Shown here one piece after another: positions 10,057 through 22,490 of a DNA stretch of 37,313 nt (positions are counted from its first letter, which is position 1; each line of letters begins with the position of its first letter). A program made the translations under genes and the position numbers. The stretch spans positions 1 to 37,313 of the forward strand of contig JAQGDQ010001507.1 of assembly GCA_030141605.1 (NCBI GenBank), written 5' to 3'. Source of the DNA: Tubiluchus corallicola. Lineage: Eukaryota; Animalia; Priapulida. Under the pieces are notes generated by a model. It was not told where the DNA came from. It saw only the letters and a program-made list of their open reading frames with translations, and did not search any database.

Positions 10057-13000
10057 GTAAGTCACATTAAGGCGATCGTCTCATAGTTGAAATCTGATAA
10101 TACAGTAATACAAAGACGGAGGCTTAAATTAGGAAACGAATTGTATATAATTTATGCCCAAGATTAATTTTTTGTAATGGTTGAATCAGAGTTTGTTTGG
10201 CTTTAAAAGACATATGAAATCACTCTTGCTCAGATCTTACTTACAATGCATTTTGGATTATAGTGCGATAACTACAGGACATCTGAAGTCCATTCTATTT
10301 CATTTCTCTTTTTCCTATCTTTGTCTAATAATTTATCTTAAGTGTTCCCTGTTTTCTTATAATTCTCTCTCTTGTAAATAAAATAGTTTTTTTCTTTACT
10401 TTTTCATGGTGGTTTTATAAACTTTGCTTCTTGACCACCATGCAGCATCTATTTCTTGTTGACAAACTATTATATAGTTTGTAACTATGTTAACAACTAT
10501 AAAACGCTACAGTATACTAATGTAGTTCTGTTACAATTATTGTAACTATATTTCTTTTTCCTAGTTATAGCGCATATTAGTTATAAAGGTAATAATGCAT
10601 ATTGCAATGTCAAAAATACATGCTGAAGTGATAATAAATTACAAATTACAATTTGCATAATGGTGGAAAGATACCGAAAAGTAAGGCACAAATTCACAAT
10701 AATTCGTGGTCCCGCAATGCACTACATTAATAAATATCAGCAAAGGAATTAAAAAGACAAAGAAATCAACAACGAACATGTTTAAAGAGACCTTTGGTTT
10801 CCATTGCGTTCATTAATTACATGTTGGAATTATGTGTCTTTAGCTTCGATGATAATTTCACTAGCATAATTGCTTTACAAAATTCACATGATAATTAGTA
10901 TCACATATTCTCAGCCATTTCCATTCTAAATGCCGTGATGGCAGAACTAACAACGCACTTGAAACATGGCCTCCCTTGACGAACTACGACAGTAAGAACT
11001 TTTCTTGTACATAATAATCAAGAAGAGCTTTCACTATGCACTGGTATACCAAGCGACTAAAGCGCAGATTGTCTTAAGATGTTTGCCGACATCAAGTTAC
11101 TGATAAAGGTTTCCTGATTAACAGCGTTAATTTTGATGTTTTCATATGACTCAGTAATTAATGTGGTCTCGCATCTTGCAAAGACAATATTGAAAAATTC
11201 AGATCAGGTATAAAAATCTACATACTGTAGGCTGCCACGGCTGCAGAACACACCTTTGACATTAGAGAAGTTAACAGAGGGAAGTATTTTTATTACATTT
11301 CATGAAGCCAAATGTTGGATATCATAATTATTACTTGTGAGTACTACTGATTGTTTCGCAATGGTAGTTGTGTGGAACATTTGTTTAGTCATCATGAGAT
11401 ATACCGACTGATGTGAAATATCAATTATTTTTCAACGAGAATTTAAAATCACAGTTTTTATCCTGGAGATCCCGAGAAGAGTACAGGCAGAACACATTTG
11501 CTGAATCCAAGTTCAGAACACAAGATGACCAGCATTTCACACCGGACTTAATGTTTTCGCATTCTGAGATTTAAAGTGCAGAGAATGCCTTTTATACATT
11601 AGTAATAATAATGTGCAGGTATAAGCTATCTTGGTCAGTTATTTTTACAAGTCGGTTACATCCTGGGAATACTTGCCCAATTTGCCACCTTAACTTAAGT
11701 AATTTTAACTTTCTTTGTTTCAGCTGCCAAAACGAATACTTGGTTTTGCCTGGCGTGCACACTCTATGGAAAACGGATTGTATAATTATGTTCCATCAAC
11801 ATTGAATGGCAAATATTCCATCATTCTTCCAGGTAACGGCACTTTAATACAATACAAAGTCACAAACACAAATAGTGCAAGACGTTGGTTGGCGATTAAA
11901 ACATTTTGTATGCTGACATTTGACAAATGGTTTTCAGTGTGCATGCTTACTATATACGAAGACTAACTGGGAAACTTGGTAACCTAAACAATATCCAATG
12001 TATTTTTAACTGTGTCAATGCAAAATTGATTCTCAAGGTCTCCCAGTAACATTTAAACAGATACTGTTTACTATATCCTATAATAATTTTGATTTATGTT
12101 TTACTTCGACTTTATTAAAGCTCATGCAAGCATTACAAATACAAAAGCATTACATTACAATACAATTTTAAAGCAATGTACAAGACAAACAGTAAATACA
12201 ACTATCACAAAATTTAATAAACAAAATAATATCAAAATAGAAACCCTACTCATATTCCACTTGAAATTGCCATTTCACACATATTTATTTGGAAATGGAA
12301 ATGCAATTTTTCTGTAAGAAGGTTGCTAAAACTAGCTAATATGCTACCTACCGCCATTTAACTTTGAGAGGATTAATAAACGACATATTCTGCAAATTTC
12401 GTTTTCAGAAACCGCTAGATTATTTCATTGCAAAATTAATTTGCAATGGTCTACTGGTATTAAATAATCATTTTTCTATATGCATACATTACAATTGTAA
12501 TCCTCTTCACATGTCCTTTTTAGTTTGCATATAAACTTTGTGTATTGTCGGGCATAAATGGATTGGGTCTATTATTTTAATCAGTTAAATTATTTAATTA
12601 GTTAAATCAAAATTTACTAAATTTTGTATATTGTTATTTAAACTTTTCACTATAACGATGAAAGGAAACGATGACTTTTTTCATTTCACAGTTGGTTATT
12701 TAAATGATATTGCAGTGCGCAAACTATGTCAGCCTCCTTAAATTTCAACACAGTTGCAATCGAGCAAAACAGTTTAGAGAGACTATATGACCTTCATCAC
12801 ATCTGTTTAAAATACATCCTAACTAATTCTATGCACAATTAATGGCAAATCTGTTTTGTAATGTAATTTGATAAATCAGTTGATGTCAGTAGTAGAGCTC
12901 AATTTCCTGTTTTTATAGCCTTCTCTTCACTTCTCCCGCAGGCATCTGCAAAATTTTCTCTCACAAGTTTCCTGTAAACTAAAAGTTCGGTATATTTAAG

Positions 13001-14970
13001 AAGATTAAGAAGTGATAAGTTCTGCCATTTTGTATATAAGTTTTGTTTCTCATGACATTGAAGCATAATGGCTCATCCTATTTTCTGAAACCCAAACCTT
13101 GAGAGGCTATTGCTCTAATTTTGTTCGTAATTGTATATGCTCCTGACATCTAATTCCAACAGTTTTGATTACAAGGTTTCTTGCAGCTTGTCAGTAAATT
13201 TAATGCAGATATTTTTACAGCTCCAATGTTGATTCACCGAAACTACTTCAAGATCAAAAAGCATTCTTTACAAAAATAGCGTTGGACATTAACAGTTTTT
13301 AATCTTTCATACTTTAACTGTTATAATGTGCTACTGCATCTCTGCTCAATTAGCAGTACTCAAAAAATAGAAAAGCTGTATGAAAGGGGTATTTGATTTG
13401 TTTTTATTGATTTTAACAGTAGTTTTTTTACATTTTTGAATAGAACAGGCCAATCTCCACCGCACGTATCCCTGATTAAAGATACTGCAAAAGCTGGTTA
13501 TAAGATACTGAGCAAAGCTTTTCCTCTTACCCTTAATTTAGTCACAGAAAAACCAACGTCCACGGAATTATCTAATAATTAGAAAAGTGACTTTATACCT
13601 CGTTATAATGCCATTAGTTTTGGCAAACTTTTCATTGAAAATAGAGCAGACAAAATGGGAATGACTTGCCATATTCACTTGGCAAAGTAAAATATTTTAT
13701 GTGCTCTTGCAACCTAAGTTAAAAACGGAGATGGTATTCTATGGAAATGCATTTTTGTGCTTAAGAGCATTATTTTAAATCATATAAAATATTATTATTA
13801 ATATTTTAACAGTTTTATTAATTACAATTTTTAACAGCAAAATATTTACAGAGATTTTATGTTTTAGCATTAACAATTTTCCTGTTTTAAATCAAACAAA
13901 TTTTCCATAAGTTTCATTTCTGGATTGTTAAATTAAATTCATTTACGCTTTGAGCAGATATTTTACTTGTTTCTCTGTACTATGTCTTAAGATGTCTTTT
14001 TGTGTTATATTTTATTGATAATATGATTATATATTGTTGATAAAAAGCTTCAGCTGCTCCCATTATTTATGTAATTATATTCCTTAAATAAAATTTATTT
14101 TACCTTATCTTGTTTTATCTTTCTTGTCTCGTCTCTTTTTATCTTATCTTGTAGAATACAAGACAAGAATCATTACACAGAATCATTACAAAATGTCTGG
14201 CTGTCTTCTCAAAATATGAAGCAAAACAAAATCGTGGACTAACACTTGTATTGACTGAACTTATGATAATATTGAAGTGCGTCTTTACAGTCCTGAAGCC
14301 ATTATAGTCACTTAAAAATTTTAAGGTACCCTATTTTTGACAATGGATTTGCATTCAGGACACTAACAAAACATTATTTTGGGCACACTGTATTTTTGGA
14401 AAAAAAATTTTAAAAATGGCATCTGACATACTGGTTTCTTTTTGTAAGTTCTGAAGCACAGAAGGTTTTTAAAGTCTGCGAATCAGATGGCAGCGTTAGT
14501 TTTCTGCTGACATAGTTTAAGCATTTACAGAAATGTCGGCAAAAGGTGAAGTGAAACACTATTATTATGCGATTAATTAATGCTAACATAATGTAAAATA
14601 TCGATAAGAACAAGAAAAATATCAATAACTTTTTTCTTCTTGCTCTTGTATTTCTGTCACCCAGGCTCCCAGACAATGCAAAATGTCTTGACTCCAAAGA
14701 ATTTGTTAACGTATTCTTTTTCCCGTAATGGAAAATAGGGTAGTACATGAAAAATCGTCCTGTCTTCTTTTAAACATTACTTTATCTCCTTCAGAACTGC
14801 AACTTTCAAAATGAGCTAAATGATTACAATTTGTTACCGTTCCAGTCAGAAAAACCTCTGCTGTCCAATCATGCTTATTTGTTTAAATATTTATAAGTGA
14901 TTTAATTTGATAAAATTGAGAAAAACACGCACTTTTCAGCCACTTTAACTTAGCCTATTTTAGTAGTTTG

Positions 14971-15580
14971 TTCTGCTTAATGATTTCGTCTGTGTGGTAT
15001 AAAAAAATATAACCTTTCCTTAATTTCATGATTTAATTTCTTTACACAACCTTATTTTAATTTAATTCCTGAAAGCTGTTTGTATGAAAATAGCTGAATT
15101 CGCCTTGCATGCATGCCTTCACAAAATGTGTACGTAAAATTTGCAACAGTTTTTTGTAAAATTTCCGCTAAACTATTAGATCACTGTGCCTGCATATCAT
15201 TTTGTTCTGTCAGAGTTTTGCTCAAAAAACAGGCTAAAATTGCGCTATCAGCGTTTTAACACAAAACAGGATAAGTTTTACAATTTTGCACTGTCAGCAG
15301 TTTTACGTATTTGACAGACCAGGAATAAGTCCCATCATTTCGCTCCGTCAGCGTTTTTCTCTATTGAAAGACCGGGATAGGTTTTGTCATTTTGCTCCTT
15401 CTGCCTAATTGATAGGCCGGGACGTTTTTACTTAATGAACGGTACTAGTGTTATCATTTTCTTCTGTCAGCGTTTTTCTTTATTAAAAGACCGGGACAAG
15501 TTTTGTCATTTTGCACCATAAGCGTTTTTACTTAATGAACAGTCCTAACTTTATCATTTTCTTCTGCCAACGTTTTTGCT
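14971..15580 (-). mobile_element. Arm R1: inverted, diverged homologue of the 53-bp-array arm
   Basis: The reverse complement matches ...cagacgaaatcatt.agcagaa, aaggcat.catgcaagg..aattcagc and about six degenerate repeat units (15260-15580). No CAC-type outer terminus is visible. Confidence 0.8.
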
Positions 15581-15749
15581 TGAAACATTTCTATAACATT
15601 TAAGTTGCAACAGACGCTGAATAAACACCACCGAGTTTCTTCAAAACATTTATGACAAAAGTCCTGCAATCTATTAGCTAACGATTTTCATTGTGCAAAA
15701 GGAAAGTCTAATCTTACAGATTTTATTTAGTAAAAACTACATTACTAAC

Positions 15750-16530
15750 AATTGCCATGTGACACTTAGCTGCTGCTGGCGATATACTTCAGTACAACCT
15801 AAAGACATGTGCTCGCATCCAGCATAACCTCTTTGGTTAACGCATTTCAAGGACCAATTTTATATTGGTTTTCGTAAACACCTCCACAGATGCAATAGAT
15901 GCTGCAACAAGGGCGCAAAAACCCGATAATTTATGGTTATCCCCGCTTGACTTTCCCACTGGAAAAAATAGAAAATTAGAATCTATCTACTGCAGCCTAG
16001 TCTTGGGCCAAGGTAATTTTAACACATTTCTAGAGCAAATTAGGCCAAAAGACGATGTATCTTGTACATGTGGCGCAAAGTCTCAAACTGTTATTACTAG
16101 GGTCACATTTAGTAGATCCTCTGAAAAGAGAAGAATTTTGAAGCGTTTTAGAGGAGCAGGATCTGCTGGATATTTATATAAACCGAGAATGTTGTGTATT
16201 ATGCACTTCTGCAAATCTGATAAGGGATGAGATTATTGTTAAAACAATGTGTAATAACTGATGTGAAAATTGTGAGATTAGTGTAGATAATATTGATATT
16301 ATAATGCTTTTAAAGAAAGCCTTGTTAAATAGTATTTGTGTAACACTATTATATAGAAATGATAAACTTGTTAGTAACTGAAAACATTGATAATTAAACA
16401 TACATTTCTTAACTTTTAGAATTCGAATATATTATATTTTGATGCCGTCTATGATAACAAGGATTCATAATTTACTACGTGTATTAACTAAAAAATTTAT
16501 AAAAAATGAAAAGAAAGAAAAAAAGCAAAA
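15750..16530 (+). mobile_element. 3' end of a non-LTR retrotransposon (R1/LOA/I-like), 5'-truncated and decayed
   Basis: VFVNTSTDAIDAA and LGQGNFNTFLEQI...SCTCGAKSQTV resemble the post-RT 'T.ST.Al' and C-terminal 'TGHG.F..yL...C.CG...qT' motifs. An AT-rich 3' UTR and A-rich tail follow at ~16500-16530. Confidence 0.6.
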
Positions 16531-18069
16531 TGATACACTTAGCAACCGTTTATAGCTGACCCTTACGCGTTCAATCGAAATGCAAACTAAGGGGTTAAAC
16601 CAAAAATTACTGAATCACGACTGACTTAATAACAGCTACCAAGAAGAGAAAAACAAAATGAAACCCAAGCAGAAGATGACCAGGAAGCTCTGCCCTCGAA
16701 TCTACGAGAACAGGATTCACGCTCGAAAAAATTGGCATAGAAAATTGAGTTCTGATTGGCCAGGCCGTGACTTCCGAGGCGGTTTAATCCTGCGACCTGC
16801 CACACTACCTCCACCTTTCTGAAATAAAAGAGTCCTCGCTTCTAGAAAACGCTAATTATTTCAGAAACAATGTTGACAGTTGACGCCAACCGCTTGCGTT
16901 TAACCTCAACGTGTAAAAAAAGAATTTTATTTTCCTAATCATTTGTGTGCACACGTGGATGTTCAGGTTTACAAAATTTCGAGTATGCTTTTGCTTTAAC
17001 TTAATTAGTACCTGATGTATCCACTTAATTACATTTACAATCACTTCTAAAGAAAAATAAAAATAAGATTCCTATACAACTTCTCTACGGATGCTAGAAC
17101 CAGTAACAATCAAATTAAATACTACAAATCTTCATTTATTTTAACAAAAGTGCATTTTTTAACATTAAAGGTTTTTTAACATTCGAAGCTGTGTTACTAC
17201 ATTTTATTAAAATAAAAAAAGATAAGTATCGCATCAGTTTTAATTTGTGCGGTATTTAAAGCATAAAGATCGTAGGCAAAGTGACATATACTATATCAAT
17301 TAATTAAGTCAACAAGCATTTTTTTTCTTAAGCTAAAGGTTAAAAAAATAATTCCTTGTGTGTTACGAGTTCTTGATTATTTACAAAAAGATTACAGGCG
17401 TATTATTGATCTCACATTTTCAGTATCAGCAGGGCAGTTCTTCATCAATGTTCCTACTTTTGTACCCTTTACAATTACGTAGTGATTTACAATTTCATTT
17501 TACAATTTCAATAACTGTATGAAGATGTATCTTTACAGCTGAAATCACTAACAAGAAAAAGTCGGACTTTAAATGATTTAGAACGTGACACGAGCTGGGG
17601 CCATTATGTGCGTTCTCAAGAAAAGACAAAAGAAGAAATTCAGTATTGATCAACCAAGGATGCAAAGTAAAAGACCACTCAATTGGGCAAGAATGATGAA
17701 GACATAAGTTAGCAAATTACAAATGGCTACGCAATCAACCAGATGCACTAACCAACCAGCTAATGAGATTAACAAAGATGACAACTAAAACAACCATGAA
17801 ATCGACGGTGTGTATATGCATTATTAATTTATTTTAGTAAAGTTGATAGGACAAGTCGAGATTTTTACTGAATTACCCGAGTTTTATGACAAGAATTCGT
17901 AATAATTATACAACTGACTGATTGTACCAAATAATTTCTAATATAAAAATAAACATCAGAACTAAATTGATTAATGCTAGGCTCAACAACAGGCCACAAT
18001 TGGAAACAATATTCAATTATTCAAGAACATTCATTGTACACTAATTCCTGATATGACAGGTTACTTTTG

Positions 18070-18435
18070 CCAAGTTTTCATTCACATTGTTACTTCTTCT
18101 CTAATTCTCTTCCTGCTTTTCTTTAGAGGATTAGAGCCTCAGTAATCACTTATTATAAAAAATAGTATTCGCTTTACGCAAAGATTTAATTAACAAAATT
18201 TTATTTGTTCTAAGCCTCTTCTTAAGCCTAAGGTTTATGTTGAATTGGCAATTTTCGTCTTTTTAGTAGAATTTACGGCAAGCTTGTAACCATCACTGGT
18301 CTAACTACGTTGTATGCATTTCTTTCCCTGATACAGCGTGGCGATTTAAAGGGACAAACCTGGGTCATCTCCATCCAGGTATGCATTTATTGGATAACAC
18401 GTGTTAACAGGGTTTCTCTAAATCAGCTGATCAAG
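18070..18435 (-). mobile_element. Highly decayed LINE ORF2 fragment (endonuclease end/linker)
   Basis: Minus-strand peptides QLI*RNPVNT/LTRVIQ, VCPFKSPRCIR and LLIKSLRKANTIFYNK recall CR1/Jockey-group ORF2 linker motifs; many stops. Confidence 0.3.
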
Positions 18436-18459
18436 TAAACATTGAAATTTGTGATTTTT

Positions 18460-19552
18460 TCCCTGTTTATTCCGTCTCTCTATTCGTTTTTGGACAAATG
18501 TTTCCTTTTTTTCTTCTCACGCTCCTTACAAAGGCCATTGTTAGGTTTATGTCTGTAATGAATTCCAAAACATCTATAGTCCGGTAAACGTATAAAAAAT
18601 GAGAAGATCTTTTTGCGAGCGTGGTTGTAGTACTCTTGGAAAGGTTAAAGTTCATTATTACTTTGCATCTCCATTCTCTGGTTTGAAGCTTGGTAATAAG
18701 ACATTCGCAGCTTTTACTCCTTGTTGTAAGCATCATGTCTACTATTACAGCAACGACAGAATTTATAGATCTCTCATGGTAAACCATTAGACATTAGGAG
18801 TGTCAAGAAAATCAATTATTTTTTGTACGTTATTAACTGAAGCCTGGTCACCAGGTTGTGAATTGAGTTCACCTTCAGCGCTAGTGACGTCATTGGCCTC
18901 TAGGTAAAGCAATGAATTTTCACCAGTCTTTTCAGGGGTTAAAGGCTTTGGTAATTCAAGGGTTAATTCAGGTTGCGATAGATCACGAGTCGATAAGTCT
19001 CTTGTTTTATTGCTGTCAGCAGCGAGAGATGCCGTTTCAAGTAATTCTAACGTCTGAGTCCCAGGAAATTCGTTTCGTATGGGTGTTGATGTTAAAGGAA
19101 ATCGTCCTATAGGGATAGGTGTTTGTAGGTCTTTTAGTTTTCCACGATCCCTGGGGTGAGTTTCACTAGGACATGACCCTTCTTCCTGGATAGGACTCAA
19201 TGTAGGAGAGAAAAGCATAGGAGCCATTGGCAAGATGTCACGAAAACTCGACGAAATTTCAAGGTCATCTTCCGTTTCTTCAGCATGTAACTGCGTCTCG
19301 AGAGTCATTTCCGTGTGGCAATGTATAAAAGGGAGGTGGCAAACCAAAAGAGTCCATGTCCTCTCCTGGTAATGGTAGTTGCTCCACGGATGGTTCAAAT
19401 TGTAAACTTCTGTGTTCTTCCACATCAGGATCAACATTAGGAGCTATTAGAATCAGAAAGCTCATATCGTTGTGGTTGGACGTCAAACTAGTATTAGCAT
19501 CGCAAGAAACATCATGGGTTGTTTGTAGTTCTTCCGAGCTATCTCCACTCAA
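18460..19552 (-). pseudogene. Disrupted additional ORF downstream of the Gypsy integrase (acidic, Pro/Ser/Thr-rich, then a Cys/basic tail)
   Basis: Overlapping ORFs 19280-19552 and 18787-19437 (216 aa) are co-oriented with pol and start where the integrase ends; no recognisable domain. Confidence 0.45.
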
Positions 19553-21482
19553 AGTAAAACCTTCTGCTGGAACATACTTCCATAATTTTGTACAATTTTT
19601 GGCTGTTGCTTTCTATCAGGTAGCTTAATTCTATAGGTTACATCAGATAATTTATCTAATATTACATAGGAACCGTGCCAATCGGACTGAAGTTTGGGGC
19701 TTTTGCCGACTTTCTTTTGAGGATTGAAGAGCCAGACTTTATCACCAGGGGAATAGAGAACAAGACCAGAGCGAACATCATACCTCTTACGCATTACTTC
19801 ACCAGTGAAATGCAAATTATTGCATACGAATTGATATACATCATACAAATGCCGTTCTAATTTTTCTAAGAACTCTACATAGTTAGTACACGTAAAGTTA
19901 GTAGGGGGTTTTCCAGTTAGTAAATTATGCGGGAGTCGTAACTCACGGAGTGAAACTGGTGGTCTCGTGTACAGCACTACGGTAGGACATTAACAACAGC
20001 AAGGGTAATTTACTGTCCCGGTCTTTTTGATTGTCAGAAGTGAATTGTGCAATTTGTAGCGTCAAAGTCCTAATGTATCGTTCTGCAAGTCCGTCACTTT
20101 TCGGGTTCAAAGCAGTAGCACGCGTTTTTTCAATGCCCATGAGTTTGCAGCATTGTTGGAAAATTTTGCTTTCGAAATTGCGGCCCTAATCGGAATGAAT
20201 TTCTAAAGGCATTCCATAACGGCAGAAAAATTCTTCAACTAATACTGAAGCTACTATTTCAGCTTCTTGGTTTGGGATTGCGTAAGCCTCTGGCCATTTA
20301 GAAAAATAGTCCATCGCAACCAAAACGAATTTGTTTTTACGCGAAGACAACGGAAGCGGCCCATCATCAATGGCCATCCTTTCCATAAATGCTCCTACAC
20401 GATATTGTTGTAAGGGCGTGCGCGGTTTACGTTGCGATCCTTTCTTACGACAGCAAACTTCACATGATCGTACAAAAAGTTCTACATCTCTATTCATACG
20501 TGGGCAAAAATAGCGGTATCGAGCGCGTTCTATTGTCTTATTTATAACGTAATGTCCAGCAGTCGGATTTTCATGTGTATCTTTCAAAATCTGTTTGCGT
20601 AAAGTGCGCGGAGCTATCCATTGCCACATGATCATATTTCCATTCGCGTTGTAAATTTCCGTTTTTCAATCGTAAGGCGTCCCAGTGAATTAAAATTTCT
20701 TTTGTAGTGGGGTTACAATGCGAAATTTTCTCCCATGACGGTTTAATAGCCAATTGTTCTAAGAATTCGCATACCGGACGTATATCAGCATCGCGCTTTT
20801 GCTACTCTTTGAAACTGAGATTGAAATCTCTTTTGTGGTTGATAAGTCAATGCAGCATTGCACTTACTAGTTTTCTTTCTCAGCCCATTATCTGATTCGC
20901 ATTCTTTTCCGCTAGAAATGTTTGTAACGGTTTAGAAATTAGGCGTCTTAGGTATCATGTGCTCCATTTGCTCAGATTGTTTTTCATGAGATTCATTGCT
21001 CTCATTATTTGGATTATCGTCTCCCTTTTTGCGGAAAAATTGTCTAGCTTTTATTCTAGCTAAACCACTATCATCATCGCCAAGTGGAAATTCCTAGGTT
21101 AAGTTCAGAAGGTTCATAGTTAAAACATTTTTCTCTGGGTTGACAATGAGAACAACTGACCAAGCAAGGTCTTTGCGATAATGCGTCTGCGTTACAATGA
21201 CTAGTTTCACTACGCTGTACAATAACATAGCCGTACTGATCTAATTTACTGATCCAACGAGCTAATTGACCCTCGGGTCGCTTAAGTGAGCGAAGCCATC
21301 GTAGTGCTGCGTGGTCCGTGCGTATTGTAAACGGATTACCGTATAAATAATGATGAAATGACTAACAGCTTTATAAACAGCTAGTAGTTCTTTACGCGTT
21401 GCACAATAATTGCGTTCAGGAAGGAAAGGACCTGACTGTAGTATCCTAATATGCGTTCATGTCCATGTTGCACTTGTGAAAG
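19549..21482 (-). mobile_element. Ty3/Gypsy pol relic: RNase H, linker, integrase (H2C2, DDE core, GPY/F)
   Basis: ERNYCATRKELLAVI...FTIRTDHAALRWL...NADALSQRPC; H...TAGHYVINKT...VRSCEVC; MDYFSKWPEAYAIPNQEA...IHSD; ALNPKSDGLAER; KLQSDWHGSYVILDKLSDVTYRIK. Multiple frameshifts, and truncated at ~21482. Confidence 0.95.
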
Positions 21483-21545
21483 CCAAATTTGCCATACCAC
21501 CAAACCTGCTAAACCCGTCATGCCACCAAGGTACTGTGGTAGTTT

Positions 21546-22042
21546 TGTCGGCCATTTAGCAAATATATCAGTTATCTCGTGGAATAGTCGGCACTTATCA
21601 AGTCGTACTTGACAAGTTGTCCCGACTATAAAAAATTCACGAGGTTACGCGAATTTTTTACATAACACTCATCCTACCACTTACATATACTACTGAATAG
21701 AGTTGTAACGGTCGTGTTTAGTAGATTAAAACGAAAAGCCATTTAAATGTAATAACACAATTACGTGGCATTTTAAAGATTAGCTCGATCTGAATGTGCT
21801 GTATTGAATCTGTTATGAATAACTAATTATCCGAATTAGGTAAACGTTATAAACTCGTGGCTCTACCAATAGGGAGTTCAGCAAAGAAATGTTACAATTT
21901 AGCTGTTGTACCAAATTTTGGCTTCATGATCTCATACCAATAATACTGCTGTGATTGGATGATTAACTGGATCACGACAGATTTGACTTGATAGGAGCCG
22001 ACTTTTCCACGAGGTTACTGATATATTTGCTAAATGGCCGAC
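21546..22042. mobile_element. MITE-like element with ~58-bp terminal inverted repeats
   Basis: gtcggccatttagcaaatatatcagt...cttatcaagtc (21546-21604) is the reverse complement of gacttgatagg...actgatatatttgctaaatggccgac (21985-22042). Confidence 0.8.
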
Positions 22043-22177
22043 ACAGCAAAAAGGCCAATTGATTTTGCCTTTGTTGGGGTGTTGGCTGACAAGGCGTTGC
22101 TTTGGATGTTTTTATAATCAACTTGATGACTTGCAATTGGCTACGTGAATTGAATTGTTCACACTACCACACTACCT

Positions 22178-22490
22178 GGTGGCATGACGGGTTAAGCAGG
22201 TTTGGAGGTATGGCAAATTTTGTGGTAGTATGGTGATATTAGCAGGTTTGGTGGTATGGCGAAATTGGCATATTTGGTAGTCTGGAAGGTTTGGCAAGTT
22301 TGGAGGTATGGCAAATTTGGTAGTATGACGAGATAGGCATATTTGGTAGTATGACAGGTTTAATGGTACAGCGGTATGGTGGGTATGGCAGGTTTGGTGG
22401 TATGACAGGTTTGGCAGGTTTGGTAGGATTGGTAGGACTGGCGAGTTTGGCAGGTTTGGCAGTACGGCGGGTTAGGCAGTTTGGCAGTGC
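22178..22490 (+). repeat. G-rich 9/18-bp degenerate minisatellite (gcaggtttggtggtatg)
   Basis: Recurrent ggcaggtttgg / tggtatggc units; a short inverted copy lies at 21485-21545. Confidence 0.85.

Noticed and set aside
12300-14150. Possible LINE body ending in AATAAA plus a (tctta)n tail
   Set aside because: A tail-like sequence is present at ~14087-14150, but I could not recover RT motifs upstream.
16555-16600. piggyBac-like end (aggggttaa)
   Set aside because: No convincing partner terminus or transposase.
18912-20895. Plus-strand ORFs overlapping the Gypsy region (likewise 6381, 25843, 26438, 33393 and 34201 on the minus strand)
   Set aside because: They are antisense shadows of recognisable retroelement coding sequence.
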